Assembly (NCBI GenBank): GCA_031458695.1
Contig: JAVKJW010000001.1
Coordinates: 160,001-224,000, forward strand
Direction: 5' to 3'
DNA from: Candidatus Thermofontivivens primus
GTDB lineage: Bacteria; Sysuimicrobiota; Sysuimicrobiia; Sysuimicrobiales; Thermofontiviventaceae
DNA length: 64,000 bases
Shown here: positions 49,296 to 59,844 of the stretch, one piece after another
Position numbering within the stretch: position 1 is the stretch's first letter
Layout of the letters: each line of letters opens with the position of its first letter
The notes under the pieces: generated by a model
What the model saw: only the letters and a program-made list of their open reading frames with translations
Told to the model about the DNA's origin: nothing
Database searches by the model: none
Program-made: the position numbers and the translations under genes

Positions 49296-49650
49296 AGCAG
49301 TGCTGTCTTGAGACTAATCCAAAAGGCGGAGGATTTCAAGGAGTTGGAGAAGGACTGCTGCAGCTAGCCTTTCCGCTTGTGCACCAATGGATGGTCACTG
49401 TCTTGGAGAGCCTAGATCAGGAGCTTGCGGCCACGCGCGAGCCATCCCTAGAGCTGATCCGCTCCGATGTCCGCACTTTTGAGATCGTGGGAGGTCCTAT
49501 CCAGTTCTCCCGGCGCTATTCCCGCGATAGGGCTACGGGGCAATACCGGTACTTATTGGATGAGTTAGGCTCCGTTCCGCCTGGCGCCTGGTGGTTGGGG
49601 GCCACAGAGAGCAACATCGACAAAATATTTGCCGGTTCGCTACCAAAATT
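49296..49650 (+). pseudogene. ISLre2/UPF0236-like transposase remnant
   Basis: LESLDQEL...RT...G.IQFSRRY.RD...G.YRYLLDE joined to a C-terminal-like LGATESNIDK. Confidence 0.55.
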
Positions 49651-49671
49651 GTGGGATGAGCTGGCGAATTA

Positions 49672-49700
49672 TTGACTAAGTCCAAGATCTAGTCTATAAT
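49672..49700 (+). promoter_or_regulatory. sigma70 promoter of the TA pair (probably leaderless) with operator palindrome
   Basis: TTGACT-N17-TATAAT with ATG 7 nt downstream and no RBS; GACTA..TAGTC inverted repeat. Confidence 0.7.
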
Positions 49701-49707
49701 CATCACG

Positions 49708-49941
49708 ATGAGAGTAACTGTACACCAAGCGAAAACCCATCTGTCGCGGCTGCTACAGCGGGTTGCTGCAGGGGAGGAGATCCTTATCACACGTGGGGGC
49801 ACGCCCGTAGCCCGTCTCGTCCCGGTTTCTGCCGAGCCCTCTCCTCGCCGGCTCGGCCTCGACCGGGGAAAGGTTCACATCGCCGAGGACTTCGACGCTC
49901 CGTTGCCTGAGGACCTGCTCGCCGCGTTCGAGGGCAGATGA
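49708..49941 (+). CDS. Phd/YefM-family antitoxin
   Basis: VHQAKTHLSRLL.RV..GEEI.ITR.G.PVARLVP...DFDAPLP. Confidence 0.9.
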   Translation: MRVTVHQAKTHLSRLLQRVAAGEEILITRGGTPVARLVPVSAEPSPRRLGLDRGKVHIAEDFDAPLPEDLLAAFEGR

Positions 49942-50327
49942 GGATCCTCCTGGACACCCAGTGCTGGCTGTGGATGGAAGCAATGCCCGAGCGTCTATCA
50001 GCTCAGGCCCAAACCATTGTCCGTGATCCCACCCATGAACTCTATCTTTCTGCAGCGAGTGCATGGGAAATTGCCATCAAATACGAACTCGGGAAGCTAC
50101 AACTCCCAGTCCCTCCGCAACGATACGTGCCGAGCAGGCTCAAGCGCAGCCGAATCACGCCACTGCCAGTTCAGATTGAGCACGCATTGAGAGCCGGCAC
50201 CCTTCCCTCGCATCACCGGGATCCATTCGACAGGCTGCTCATTGCTCAGGCACAGATCGAGCGCCTCGTTATCCTGACCGCGGATCCACAGTTCGCAGTA
50301 TACGACGTCCAACTCATCCGTACTTGA
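49938..50327 (+). CDS. vapC: VapC-family PIN toxin
   Basis: LLDT, SAWEIAIK, HRDPFDRLLIAQA, LTAD; ATGA overlap. Confidence 0.92.
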   Translation: MRILLDTQCWLWMEAMPERLSAQAQTIVRDPTHELYLSAASAWEIAIKYELGKLQLPVPPQRYVPSRLKRSRITPLPVQIEHALRAGTLPSHHRDPFDRLLIAQAQIERLVILTADPQFAVYDVQLIRT

Positions 50328-50419
50328 ACGCAAAAGGAACCAGCCATTCCTGTGCGATACCACCGAGAGGTTCCTTGTGGTCCCTCGGGCTGCGCGACCT
50401 GGGTGATCTTCCCGTGCCA

Positions 50420-50552
50420 ATCGAGCATGATGGTCGCCCAGAAGGGGTTTCGCCGGTTACATGCGCCAGAGCTGCTGGCCAGGGTCTACGCCGGCCCGCA
50501 GCAGGAGGACGGGTTTGAAGTGGCTAAGGGAGAATGTCACCGCCTCATGTAA
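50420..50552 (+). pseudogene. C-terminal fragment of an IS256-like transposase
   Basis: MVAQKGFRRLHAPELLARVY.G....DG. Confidence 0.5.
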
Positions 50553-50558
50553 ATTTAC

Positions 50559-51540
50559 GGCTCATGACGGAATTTTGTGAGAAGCCTTTGAAAAAGAAGC
50601 ATCGGGTCGGTTATACTCCCCTTGAGTAATTGACCCAGACAAACGGGAGGGCCGGACCCGATGCAACTCTATTCCATCATGCGGCTTCTTGGAATTCAAG
50701 GCCATTGCATCGTAGAGATGAAGATCCAGCAACTTCGTGGGCGTCAGGCTGTTGTGCTGACGTTGAAGCGACTGCGTCGCCGCTTCGAATGCGGTCGGTA
50801 CGGGCGCAAGCTCGAGCGGCACACTTCAGCTGATGGATCGAGGTGCAGCACCTCCCCTGGTTGGAGTATTTGACCTTCCTCCGGGTTCGGCGCTACCGCG
50901 TCAAGTGCCCGAACTGTGGACCCCAGCTGGAGCCTCTGCCCTTCGTGGCCGAGGGGGCATGGGTTACACGGTCCTTGGTCGAGGTGGTCTGATAGCAGTG
51001 CAGGCTGTAGCGATCTCCACTCGCTGCATAGGGGAACGGTGAAGGCCATCGAGAAATGGATCCTCCAAAAGCTCCAAGCCAAGCGCTCTTTGGATGGGAT
51101 TACCGTCCTGGAGCCGATGAGATCGCTGTGGGCAAAGGGCACAACTACTGGACCCTGATCAGCGCCCTGGAAGGACCTCGTGGCCCGGAGATGCTCGCTG
51201 TCTACGAGGGACGATCGGAGAAGCACCTCAAGCGCTTCTGGCGCTGGTTCGGCAAGGAACGAGCCGCTCAGGTCACGCATGCAGTCATTGACATGTGCCG
51301 GGCCGCCGATGACAGCTTCCGTGCCCACCGCAGTAGGAATTCGCAGATCATCTACGACAAGTTCCACGTGGTCCGCACCTCGACGAGGCTCTCAATGCAG
51401 TCCGCAAGAGCGAGCTTCGCAAAGCGTTGGGATGCTTCAGGAAGACCCTCTCGGGCAAGAAGTTCGTGCTGTTGGCGCGTATCCGTAGCAAGGCCCGGTA
51501 GCGTGAGTTGCAGAAGAAGTTGCTCCAACCTCTCAGGTCC
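50559..51540 (+). pseudogene. ISL3-family transposase remnant (multiple frameshifts)
   Basis: GADEIAVGKGHNY.T, EGRS, IDM, IIYDKFHVV; left end starts GGCTC. Confidence 0.8.
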
Positions 51541-51644
51541 ACCGACGCAGCGGTCACACCTCCGATGGAACACTTCAATCACAGGTGGCTCTGCCATGTG
51601 GAGACCGCTTCGGAAAACTGTCATACGGTCAGGAGGCTTGAGAG

Positions 51645-51679
51645 TTGCAATTTTATGCAGATTTGCGTATAATTATAAC
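51645..51679 (+). promoter_or_regulatory. arg operon promoter with tandem ARG boxes
   Basis: TTGCAA-N17-TATAAT overlapped by TGCAATTTTATGCA (51646) and CGTATAATTATAAC (51666), 20 bp apart. Confidence 0.75.
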
Positions 51680-51707
51680 AACTTTCCCGACGGGGAGGGG
51701 GGCATCG

Positions 51708-52748
51708 GTGAGGGTGAGAGTGAGTATCATCGGGGCGTCCGGATACGGGGGAGGGGAGCTCGTGCGTATTCTCGCCGGCCACCCTGAGGTAGAGATCGTC
51801 CATCTCGCCGCCGACTCCCATGCCGGCCAGCCCATGGATGTGCTCTTCCCGAACCTGAAGGCCTTCACCGAGAGGATGACAGAGAGTCCGGATATCCCTC
51901 GCATCGCTTCTGATTCCGACGTGGTCTTCCTTGCCCTTCCCAACGGGCTCGCCATGGACCTCGCCCCTCCGATCCTGGAAAGCGGGGCCAGGGTCATCGA
52001 TCTTGGCGCGGACTTCCGCTTCAAAAAAGCGGAGGTTTACGAACGTTGGTACAAGACGCCCCACCGCAGCCTCCATTACCTGGAAGAGGCTGTCTACGGC
52101 CTCCCGGAGCTGAACCGCGCGGCGATCCGGGGGGCGCGTCTTGTGGCCAACCCGGGGTGCTACCCCACGGCGGCTCTCATCGCCCTCCTGCCGATCTTGC
52201 GTCATCCCGCGGCCTCACGCCGGGGGATTATCGTCGACGCCAAATCTGGAGTCTCTGGGGCAGGGCGGGGAATTTCCCTGGGGACGCACTTCTCTGAAGT
52301 GAACGAAAACGTCAAGCCATACAACGTGGCCGCCCACCGGCACACGCCGGAGATCATCCAGGAGCTTGAAAGCGCCCTTGGGGAACCTGTTTCCCTCACC
52401 TTTACCCCGCACCTAATCCCCATGACGCGGGGGATCCTGGTGACTGCGTACATCCCTCTTAGAGAAGATGTCACAGGCGAAGATCTCAGGGGGGCCTACG
52501 AGGAGGCATATGCAGGTGAGCCCTTTGTCCGGGTGCTTTCTGAGGAACTTCCTCAGACCAAGGCGACGCTTGGGTCGAACTTCTGTGATGTGGCAGTCCG
52601 GGTGGACAGGGATGCCGGGATGGCCATCGCCATGGCAGCTTTGGATAATCTCGTCAAGGGCGCAAGCGGTCAGGCGGTGCAGAACATGAACCTCATGCTA
52701 GGTTTCCCTGAAGACCTGGGGCTTCGCTGGCCCGGACTCTACCCCTAA
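51708..52748 (+). CDS. argC: N-acetyl-gamma-glutamyl-phosphate reductase
   Basis: GASGYGG, ANPGCYPT, SGVSGAGR, DNLVKGASGQA. Confidence 0.96.
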   Translation: MRVRVSIIGASGYGGGELVRILAGHPEVEIVHLAADSHAGQPMDVLFPNLKAFTERMTESPDIPRIASDSDVVFLALPNGLAMDLAPPILESGARVIDLGADFRFKKAEVYERWYKTPHRSLHYLEEAVYGLPELNRAAIRGARLVANPGCYPTAALIALLPILRHPAASRRGIIVDAKSGVSGAGRGISLGTHFSEVNENVKPYNVAAHRHTPEIIQELESALGEPVSLTFTPHLIPMTRGILVTAYIPLREDVTGEDLRGAYEEAYAGEPFVRVLSEELPQTKATLGSNFCDVAVRVDRDAGMAIAMAALDNLVKGASGQAVQNMNLMLGFPEDLGLRWPGLYP

Positions 52749-52763
52749 ACTGTGAGGTGGCGG

Positions 52764-53966
52764 ATGGACCGCGTGAAACGGATCGAAGGAACGGTAACGA
52801 CCCCCAAAGGCTTTCTCGCCGCGGGGGTGCACTGCGGCATCAAGAAGGAGAGCCTAGACCTTGCTCTGGTCTACTCGACGTCCCTTGCCGCCGCTGCAGG
52901 GGTGTTCACACGGAACCAGGTGAAGGCTGCCCCGGTTCAGCTAAGCCGCCAACGCGTCCCTGGGTACGCTCAGGCGATCGTCATCAACAGTGGGAATGCC
53001 AACGCGTGCACGGGCCTGCAGGGCCTTGCGGATGCGGAAGAGATGGCCAGACTCGTTGCGGAATCCCTCGGGATCTCTCCCGAGCATGTCCTTGTCGCCT
53101 CCACAGGAGTGATTGGGGTCCCGCTCCCGATGGAGCGGATCCGCAAGGGAATCGAGGTGATCACCCAAGCGCTTGGGCCCAATGGGGAGGAAGCGGCTCG
53201 GGCTATCATGACCACCGATTCCTTCCCCAAGATGGCGGCAGTCCAAGTGGAGATCGGTGGGACTGTCGTCACCGTGGGTGGGATGGCCAAGGGGGCGGGA
53301 ATGATTCACCCCTCCATGGCGACCACCCTGTGTGTGATGACAACCGACGCAGCCATCGAGCCGCACTTGCTCCAAGTCTGTCTAGAGCAAGCCATTGACC
53401 GCTCGTTCAATGCCATCAGCGTGGACGGGGATACGAGCACGAACGATAGCGCATTCCTCCTGGCCAACGGCCTCGCCAAGAACCCTCCGATCCGCAGGGA
53501 AGGGGAGGAATTTGCGCGCTTGCAGGCGGCGGTAGATGTTGTGGCCGGGGAGCTCAGCAAGCTCGTGGTGCGGGACGGGGAAGGGGCGACGAAGCTGGTG
53601 GAGGTCCGGGTAAAGGGTGCTTTAGAGCACACGGATGCGAGAAAGGCTGCAGAGGCCATTGCCACTTCCCTCCTGGTGAAGACGGCGCTCTACGGCGGAG
53701 AACCCAACTGGGGTCGGATCATGGCGGCAGTTGGTCGCTCGGGGGCGAGGATTCAAGAGGATCGCATCACCATCTCCATCTGTGGGGAGCAGGTTGTGGT
53801 GGGAGGTGTGGGGGTTCCCGGGGCGTTTGAAGCGGCGGCAGAGAAGTTGAAGGCGAAGGAGGTTGTGATCTCCGTGGACCTTGGATTGGGTCCGGGAGAG
53901 GCCACGATGTGGACGTGCGACCTCACCGAAGAGTATGTGCGCATCAACAGCGGGTATATGACGTAG
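52764..53966 (+). CDS. argJ: Ornithine acetyltransferase
   Basis: NSGNANACTG, KGAGMIHP.MAT, VDGDTSTND. Confidence 0.96.
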   Translation: MDRVKRIEGTVTTPKGFLAAGVHCGIKKESLDLALVYSTSLAAAAGVFTRNQVKAAPVQLSRQRVPGYAQAIVINSGNANACTGLQGLADAEEMARLVAESLGISPEHVLVASTGVIGVPLPMERIRKGIEVITQALGPNGEEAARAIMTTDSFPKMAAVQVEIGGTVVTVGGMAKGAGMIHPSMATTLCVMTTDAAIEPHLLQVCLEQAIDRSFNAISVDGDTSTNDSAFLLANGLAKNPPIRREGEEFARLQAAVDVVAGELSKLVVRDGEGATKLVEVRVKGALEHTDARKAAEAIATSLLVKTALYGGEPNWGRIMAAVGRSGARIQEDRITISICGEQVVVGGVGVPGAFEAAAEKLKAKEVVISVDLGLGPGEATMWTCDLTEEYVRINSGYMT

Positions 53967-54033
53967 GTCCCAGATACGGGATTCCTGATCGCTCCGGCGT
54001 TGGTGGCTGCACAAGGACAAGAAGGAATCGGAG

Positions 54034-54891
54034 ATGCTGAACAGCGCGGAAGTGGAAAAACTGGGGCGTGAACTGGTTGCGGCGTTGCAGTACGTCAACG
54101 CCTGGCGGGGAAAGACCGTGGTGGTGAAGTACGGCGGCTCCGTGCTCGAGGAGAACGGGGTGGGCACCGTGCTCGAGGACCTGGTCTTGCTCAAGCAGGC
54201 GGGGGTTCATCCCGTCCTCGTCCACGGAGGAGGGCCAGAGATCACCCGGATGCTCAAAGCGTTAGGGCGACAGACCAGGTTCGTCAATGGATTGCGGGTG
54301 ACTGATGCGGAGACCATGGAGGTTGTGGAAATGGTCCTAGCGGGCCGGGTGAACAAGGCCCTCGTTGGGATGTTGAGTACCCTTGGCGCGAGGGCCGTGG
54401 GTCTGAGTGGAAAGGATGGGGGGCTCCTGCGGGTACGCCAGCTGAACGAGGCTCTGGGGTATGTCGGGGAGGTGGAGGTGGCTGATCCGTCTATCCTCCA
54501 TGTGCTCAACAGGGAGGGGTATATTCCTGTTGTGGCCTCCATCGGCCTTGGTCCAGACGGGCGGAGCTACAATCTAAACGCGGACACCGCCGCAGGAGCC
54601 TTAGCCGTGGCCATGGAGGCAAGTAAATTTATCCTTCTTACGGACGTGGAGGGGATCTACGGAAAGGGGGAGGATGGCCCGCAGCTCCTCTCCCAGCTCC
54701 GGGCGGCGGAGGCGAAGGAGTTGATCGCAGCGGGGGTGATCTCGGAGGGGATGATCCCCAAGGTGGAGGCATGCCTGCGTGCTCTGGAGGGAGGTGTCCA
54801 GAGCGCCCACATCATTAGCGGGAAGATCCCCCATGCTCTCTTGGTGGAGCTGTTTACCGAAGCGGGCATTGGGACTATGCTCATCCCGTAA
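54034..54891 (+). CDS. argB: Acetylglutamate kinase
   Basis: VVKYGG, VHGGGP, GLRVTD, NLNAD, GMIPK. Confidence 0.96.
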   Translation: MLNSAEVEKLGRELVAALQYVNAWRGKTVVVKYGGSVLEENGVGTVLEDLVLLKQAGVHPVLVHGGGPEITRMLKALGRQTRFVNGLRVTDAETMEVVEMVLAGRVNKALVGMLSTLGARAVGLSGKDGGLLRVRQLNEALGYVGEVEVADPSILHVLNREGYIPVVASIGLGPDGRSYNLNADTAAGALAVAMEASKFILLTDVEGIYGKGEDGPQLLSQLRAAEAKELIAAGVISEGMIPKVEACLRALEGGVQSAHIISGKIPHALLVELFTEAGIGTMLIP

Positions 54892-54999
54892 GTTGGGATT
54901 GGTTCCCCAAGAAGCGAAAGAGGTTGGGTTCCCTCCCAAAGGAGGTGAGGCAGGGGGCTAGGTGGGCCCCGATGTGATCCTTTTGCAAAGGAGGGGAAA

Positions 55000-56214
55000 A
55001 TGGACACGAAGACGACCATCGCGTGGACGGAGCGATACATCATGCAGACCTACCGCCGCGCCCCTGTTGCTTTCGTCGAGGGGAACGGGGTGCGTATCCG
55101 GGATGCCGACGGCAAGGAGTATCTCGATTTTGTGGCGGGGATCGCCGTCAACTCCTTGGGGCACAACCATCCGCGATTGGTCAGAGCGATCCAGGAGCAG
55201 GCGGCGCGCCTCCTCCACTGCTCCAATCTCTATCATATCCCTCCTCAAGCGGAGGTGGCCAAGCTCCTGGTGGAACACTCGCCCTTCGACCGGGTCTTCT
55301 TCTGCAACAGCGGTGCGGAAGCGAACGAGGCTGCCATCAAACTGGCGCGGAAATTCGCCAGGCTCCACCATGGACCTGAACGCTACGGGATTCTCACGGC
55401 CACGAACTCCTTCCACGGGCGCACCCTGGCAACGCTCGCAGCCACCGGGCAGGAAAAGTATCGGAAGGGATTTGAACCTCTTCCCCCCGGGTTCAAGGAG
55501 GTTCCCTTTAATGACCTAAAGGCCCTGGAGGAAGCCATCGACGGGTCTACGTGCGCGGTGCTGCTGGAGCCGATCCAGGGAGAAGGAGGGGTGATTCCTG
55601 CGACCCGCGAGTACCTCCAGGGTGTGCGGGCGCTCTGTGACCGCGAGGGACTCCTCCTCATCCTGGACGAAGTTCAGACGGGGATCGGGAGGACGGGGAA
55701 ACTGTTTGCCTATGAGCACTACGGCATCGTCCCGGATATTGTTACCCTTGCCAAGGGGCTCGGCGGGGGCGTCCCCATTGGTGCGGTGTTGGCCAAGGAG
55801 ACCGTCGCATCTGCCTTTCACCCTGGTGACCACGGATCCACCTTCGGAGGGAATCCGTTGAGTTGCACAGCATCCCTGGCCGTACTCCAGACCATCCTGG
55901 AAGATGGCTTCCTGGAGCATGTGACAAGAACAGGAGATTACTTGCTCCAGCGCCTGCGCGAGCTCCAGGAACGTTCCCCGTTGATCCACGATGTGCGCGG
56001 GATCGGCCTCATGGTCGCTGTCGAGCTGGCCGTTGACGCTGCCCCGATCGTGGAAGCCTGTATGGCGCGCGGCCTCCTGGTCAACCCTGTGCAGCCCAAG
56101 GTCTTACGCCTCGTCCCCCCTCTTATCGTTACGAGGGAGGAGGTCGATGAGGCGGTGAGGATCCTTGGGGCAGTGCTCTCAGAAGTCCGTGGTGAGGAGA
56201 GAAGTCAAAGGTAA
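55000..56214 (+). CDS. argD: Acetylornithine aminotransferase
   Basis: [27 protein letters not shown]. Confidence 0.94.
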   Translation: MDTKTTIAWTERYIMQTYRRAPVAFVEGNGVRIRDADGKEYLDFVAGIAVNSLGHNHPRLVRAIQEQAARLLHCSNLYHIPPQAEVAKLLVEHSPFDRVFFCNSGAEANEAAIKLARKFARLHHGPERYGILTATNSFHGRTLATLAATGQEKYRKGFEPLPPGFKEVPFNDLKALEEAIDGSTCAVLLEPIQGEGGVIPATREYLQGVRALCDREGLLLILDEVQTGIGRTGKLFAYEHYGIVPDIVTLAKGLGGGVPIGAVLAKETVASAFHPGDHGSTFGGNPLSCTASLAVLQTILEDGFLEHVTRTGDYLLQRLRELQERSPLIHDVRGIGLMVAVELAVDAAPIVEACMARGLLVNPVQPKVLRLVPPLIVTREEVDEAVRILGAVLSEVRGEERSQR

Positions 56215-56228
56215 GGGAGGAGGAGAAG

Positions 56229-57467
56229 ATGAGGGAGATTAAGAAGGCGGTGTTGGCCTATTCCGGCGGGCTGGACACTTCTGTGATTATCCCCTGGCTC
56301 GTGGAGAATTACGGGTGTGAAGTGATCGCCGTGGTGGCTGACGTGGGACAGGGGGAGGACCTCGAAGAGATCAGGGCAAAGGCCTTGGCCAGTGGGGCAA
56401 GTAAGTGTTACGTCGTGGACGTCAAGGAGGAGTTCGTCACCGGGTTCATCTTCCCTGCGCTCCGCGCCAATGCCATCTATGAGGGACGGTACCTCCTAGG
56501 GACGGCTCTCGCGCGCCCCATCATCGCCCGGGCTCAGGTGGAAGTCGCCCTCCAGGAAGGTGCCGATGCTTTGGTCCATGGGTGTACCGGGAAGGGCAAT
56601 GACCAGGTGCGGTTTGAGCTGGCCTATCAGGCCCTCGCCCCGCATATGCATGTGATCGCGCCGTGGAGGGAGTGGCAACTCCGTTCCCGGGAAGAGGAGA
56701 TCGAGTACGCCAAGGCGCATGGGGTCCCAGTCCCTGTGACCAAGGAGAAGCCGTACAGCATGGACAGGAACCTGTGGCATCTGAGCATCGAAGGGGGGAT
56801 CCTGGAGGATCCACAGGTGGAACCTCCAGAGGAGATCTTTCACCTCACCATCTCTCCTGAGAAGGCTCCCGACCAACCCGAATATGTGGAGATCGGTTTT
56901 GAGAAAGGGACCCCCGTCAGCGTGAACGGTCAGCGTCTCGATCCTGTTGCGCTGGTTCAGGAGCTGAACAAGATCGGCGGGAGAAATGGTGTAGGAAGGG
57001 TGGACATGGTGGAGAACCGGCTGGTGGGGATGAAGAGCAGGGGGGTGTACGAGACCCCCGGCGGGACCCTTTTGGCGATCGCGCACAGGGACCTGGAATC
57101 CATCACCCTCGACCGGGAGACCTTTCACTTTAAGGAGCTCATTGGCCAGCGGTACGCTGAGCTCGTCTACTATGGCCAATGGTACTCCCCTCTCCGCCAG
57201 GCGCTGGATGCCTTTGTGGCCAAGACCCAGGAAACGGTGACGGGAACGGTTCGGCTGAAGCTCTACAAAGGGAGCTGTCTCGCTGTAGGTAGGTGGTCCC
57301 CGAACTCCCTGTACCGGCACGACCTCGCTACCTTTGGGGCCTCCGGCACCTACGACCAGAAGGATGCCAAGGGGTTCATCACGCTGTGGGGTTTACCCAC
57401 CCGGGTGTTCAGCGAGGTCAACCCCTCGCTCATCCGCACCGTCCGGGAGACCATGAAGGCTCCCTAG
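56229..57467 (+). CDS. argG: Argininosuccinate synthase
   Basis: [33 protein letters not shown]. Confidence 0.97.
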   Translation: MREIKKAVLAYSGGLDTSVIIPWLVENYGCEVIAVVADVGQGEDLEEIRAKALASGASKCYVVDVKEEFVTGFIFPALRANAIYEGRYLLGTALARPIIARAQVEVALQEGADALVHGCTGKGNDQVRFELAYQALAPHMHVIAPWREWQLRSREEEIEYAKAHGVPVPVTKEKPYSMDRNLWHLSIEGGILEDPQVEPPEEIFHLTISPEKAPDQPEYVEIGFEKGTPVSVNGQRLDPVALVQELNKIGGRNGVGRVDMVENRLVGMKSRGVYETPGGTLLAIAHRDLESITLDRETFHFKELIGQRYAELVYYGQWYSPLRQALDAFVAKTQETVTGTVRLKLYKGSCLAVGRWSPNSLYRHDLATFGASGTYDQKDAKGFITLWGLPTRVFSEVNPSLIRTVRETMKAP

Positions 57468-57751
57468 CTTCTCGGTCCCTGAGTGCACGGCCTCTCTATC
57501 CCTGCGTGGGTTCCCGGAGGAGCTCGCCAAGCTACGGTCTTTCAGGCGGGCATCTGAGAGGGATCAATGCCTCAAAGGGACCTCACAGACCTCCAGGACG
57601 ATTCCGCCAAATCAATGGTTGTGGGGTCCCCATGGCTCTTCTCGAAGACCTCTACTGCTGGAGCAAAAGTTTCTTCGAATTGGCCGGGGGGATGGACAAG
57701 GGATGCCCTTCTCAGCCATGGAACTCATCCATAGAGAGAGGTGAACCAAAA

Positions 57752-59182
57752 ATGGGGGAGTACCGGACCTGGGGAGGCAGGTTCGAAGGATCGCTTGACC
57801 CAATGATCTCCCGCTTCACTTCTTCCCTCCCCTTCGACCGTCGCCTCGTCCGTGCAGACATCCTAGGGAGCATCGCCCACGCGATGATGTTGGGGCGATG
57901 CGGGATCATCGGGGAGGAGGAAGCCGAGGCGCTGGTTTCTGGACTGTGGACGCTCCTCGAAGACGTGGAGGAGGGCAGGATTGTGGTGGAGGGAGCAGAG
58001 GACATTCACACGTTTGTGGAAGGGGTGCTCCGGGAACGCCTGGGAGACATCGCCGGGAAGTTGCACACAGCCCGCAGCCGCAACGATCAAGTTGCCACAG
58101 ACTTGCGTCTCTACCTGCGGGAGGAGATCGCTGCCATCGTGAAGCTCCTCCTCGACCTGGAGGAGACCTTCCTACATATGGCCGAGGAGAACTTCGATGT
58201 CATTGTCCCGGGATATACCCACCTCCAGCGTGCACAACCGGTTCTCCTGGCCCACCACCTCCACGCGTACGTAGAGATGCTCAACCGGGACATCGATCGC
58301 CTCAAGGACTGCTACCGCAGGACGAATGTCCTCCCCTTGGGTTCGGGTGCGCTTGCTGGGACTTCCTTCCCTGTTGATCGGGAGCTGATCAAAGAGCTCC
58401 TTGGGTTTGAAGGGATCAGTGCGAATAGCATGGATGCCGCGAGCGACAGGGATTTCGTGGTGGAATTCCTCGCTGCCGCCGCGCTCGTGATGGTGCACCT
58501 CTCGCGGTGGGCCGAGGAGGTGGTAGCCTGGAGCAGCCAGGAGTTTGGGTTCTTCCGGCTCGACGACCGCGTGTGCACGGGAAGTAGCATCATGCCCCAG
58601 AAGAAGAATCCCGACGCCGCTGAGCTCATTCGGGCGAAGGCAGGGCGCGTGGTTGGTGCTCTGAGCGCAATGCTCATGGTGCTGAAGGGATTGCCGTTGT
58701 CCTACCACCGTGATCTCCAGGAAGACAAGGAGGTCCTGTTCGATGCCGTAGAGACTTTGAAGGCTTGTCTTGAGGCTGCCCGACGTGTGTGCGAGGGGAT
58801 CACCGTGGACCGTGCGAGGATCGAGGCCTCCCTGCGTGGAGGATACATGACCGCGACCGAGGTGGCGGATTACCTTACCCGGAAGGGAGTTCCGTTCCGG
58901 ATAGCCCACGAGGTGGTTGGGCGGATGGTGCGCTATGCCGAGGAACGTGGTAAGGAGTTGTGGGAACTTGGCCTTGAGGAGTACCGGGAGTTCTCTCCGC
59001 TCTTCGAGGCAGATGTGATCTCCCTGGCCACCCCATGGGGAACCGTCCAGTCGAAACGCTCCCCCGGCGGGACAGCCCCCTCTCGGGTGAAGGAAGCGTT
59101 GCAGGAGGCTTGGAGGAAGGTGGAAAAGGACAGGGCTTGGCTGGCGTCAAGGCCCAAGATAAAGCTCCGGAGTGGGATATAA
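57752..59182 (+). CDS. argH: Argininosuccinate lyase
   Basis: WGGRF, HTARSRNDQ, GSSIMPQKKNPD; ATG 57752 after GAGGTG. Confidence 0.96.
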   Translation: MGEYRTWGGRFEGSLDPMISRFTSSLPFDRRLVRADILGSIAHAMMLGRCGIIGEEEAEALVSGLWTLLEDVEEGRIVVEGAEDIHTFVEGVLRERLGDIAGKLHTARSRNDQVATDLRLYLREEIAAIVKLLLDLEETFLHMAEENFDVIVPGYTHLQRAQPVLLAHHLHAYVEMLNRDIDRLKDCYRRTNVLPLGSGALAGTSFPVDRELIKELLGFEGISANSMDAASDRDFVVEFLAAAALVMVHLSRWAEEVVAWSSQEFGFFRLDDRVCTGSSIMPQKKNPDAAELIRAKAGRVVGALSAMLMVLKGLPLSYHRDLQEDKEVLFDAVETLKACLEAARRVCEGITVDRARIEASLRGGYMTATEVADYLTRKGVPFRIAHEVVGRMVRYAEERGKELWELGLEEYREFSPLFEADVISLATPWGTVQSKRSPGGTAPSRVKEALQEAWRKVEKDRAWLASRPKIKLRSGI

Positions 59183-59198
59183 GGGAAGGGCGCAGGAG

Positions 59199-59672
59199 AT
59201 GACGCCTCAGGAAAGGAAGAGGGAGCGTCTCATCCTGGAGATCCTCCGCCGGCAGCCTGTGGGGACGCAGGCGGAGCTCGTTCGCCAGTTACGGCGCATG
59301 GGGATGAAGGTGACGCAGGCGACGGTGTCCAGGGACCTCAGGCGCCTCGGGGTTGTCAAGGTGCGCACAGACCAGGGGGGTTACCGCTATCTGCCTCCCG
59401 AGGAACCTCTGCCTCCTCCTCGAGAAGCCCAGGATCGGTTGGTCCGGTCATTCCAGGAGTTCGTCACGGAAGTGGACTTCGGGGTGGACTTGGTCCTCGT
59501 CAAAACGCTCACAGGTCGCGCGAATGCCGTTGCTGCGGCCATCGACGAGGTGCGCTGGCCAGACGTCGCAGGGACCGTTGCTGGCGACGACACCATCATC
59601 GTGGTTCCCAGGACGAAAGCAGCACAGCGGAAAGTGTTGGAACGCCTCCGCAAACTCCTTGTGAAGACGTGA
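59199..59672 (+). CDS. argR: Arginine repressor
   Basis: TQATVSRDL, GTVAGDDT. Confidence 0.95.
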   Translation: MTPQERKRERLILEILRRQPVGTQAELVRQLRRMGMKVTQATVSRDLRRLGVVKVRTDQGGYRYLPPEEPLPPPREAQDRLVRSFQEFVTEVDFGVDLVLVKTLTGRANAVAAAIDEVRWPDVAGTVAGDDTIIVVPRTKAAQRKVLERLRKLLVKT

Positions 59673-59844
59673 AGGAACCCTCCCAAAGACCAGGACAGGT
59701 TGCCCAGGGGAAAGGGAGGGTTTCAGCTTGTCTTGCGGAAAATGGAACAGGAGGGGCAAGGAGCTCGGCGAAATCTTCGTGACAATATGTGCAGGGGTTC
59801 CTGATGTTCAAGGGGTTTATATTATACGTAGAGGTGTATCGGCT

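Larger units (their letters stand above)
48530..51632. mobile_element. 3.1-kb element bounded by 61-bp terminal inverted repeats
   Basis: 48530-48590 matches the reverse complement of 51572-51632 at 59/61 positions; flanks GGCGCTTG / GAGGCTTG. Confidence 0.75.

Noticed and set aside
5730..50585. CodY boxes (e.g. 5730, 50571)
   Set aside because: Best matches have about 4 mismatches to AATTTTCWGAAAATT, not distinguishable from chance.
57293..57751. 153-aa N-terminal extension of ArgH, and similar extensions of mat, tenA and argC in the ORF track
   Set aside because: Artefacts of first-start calling; RBS-backed starts at family-typical N-termini lie downstream.
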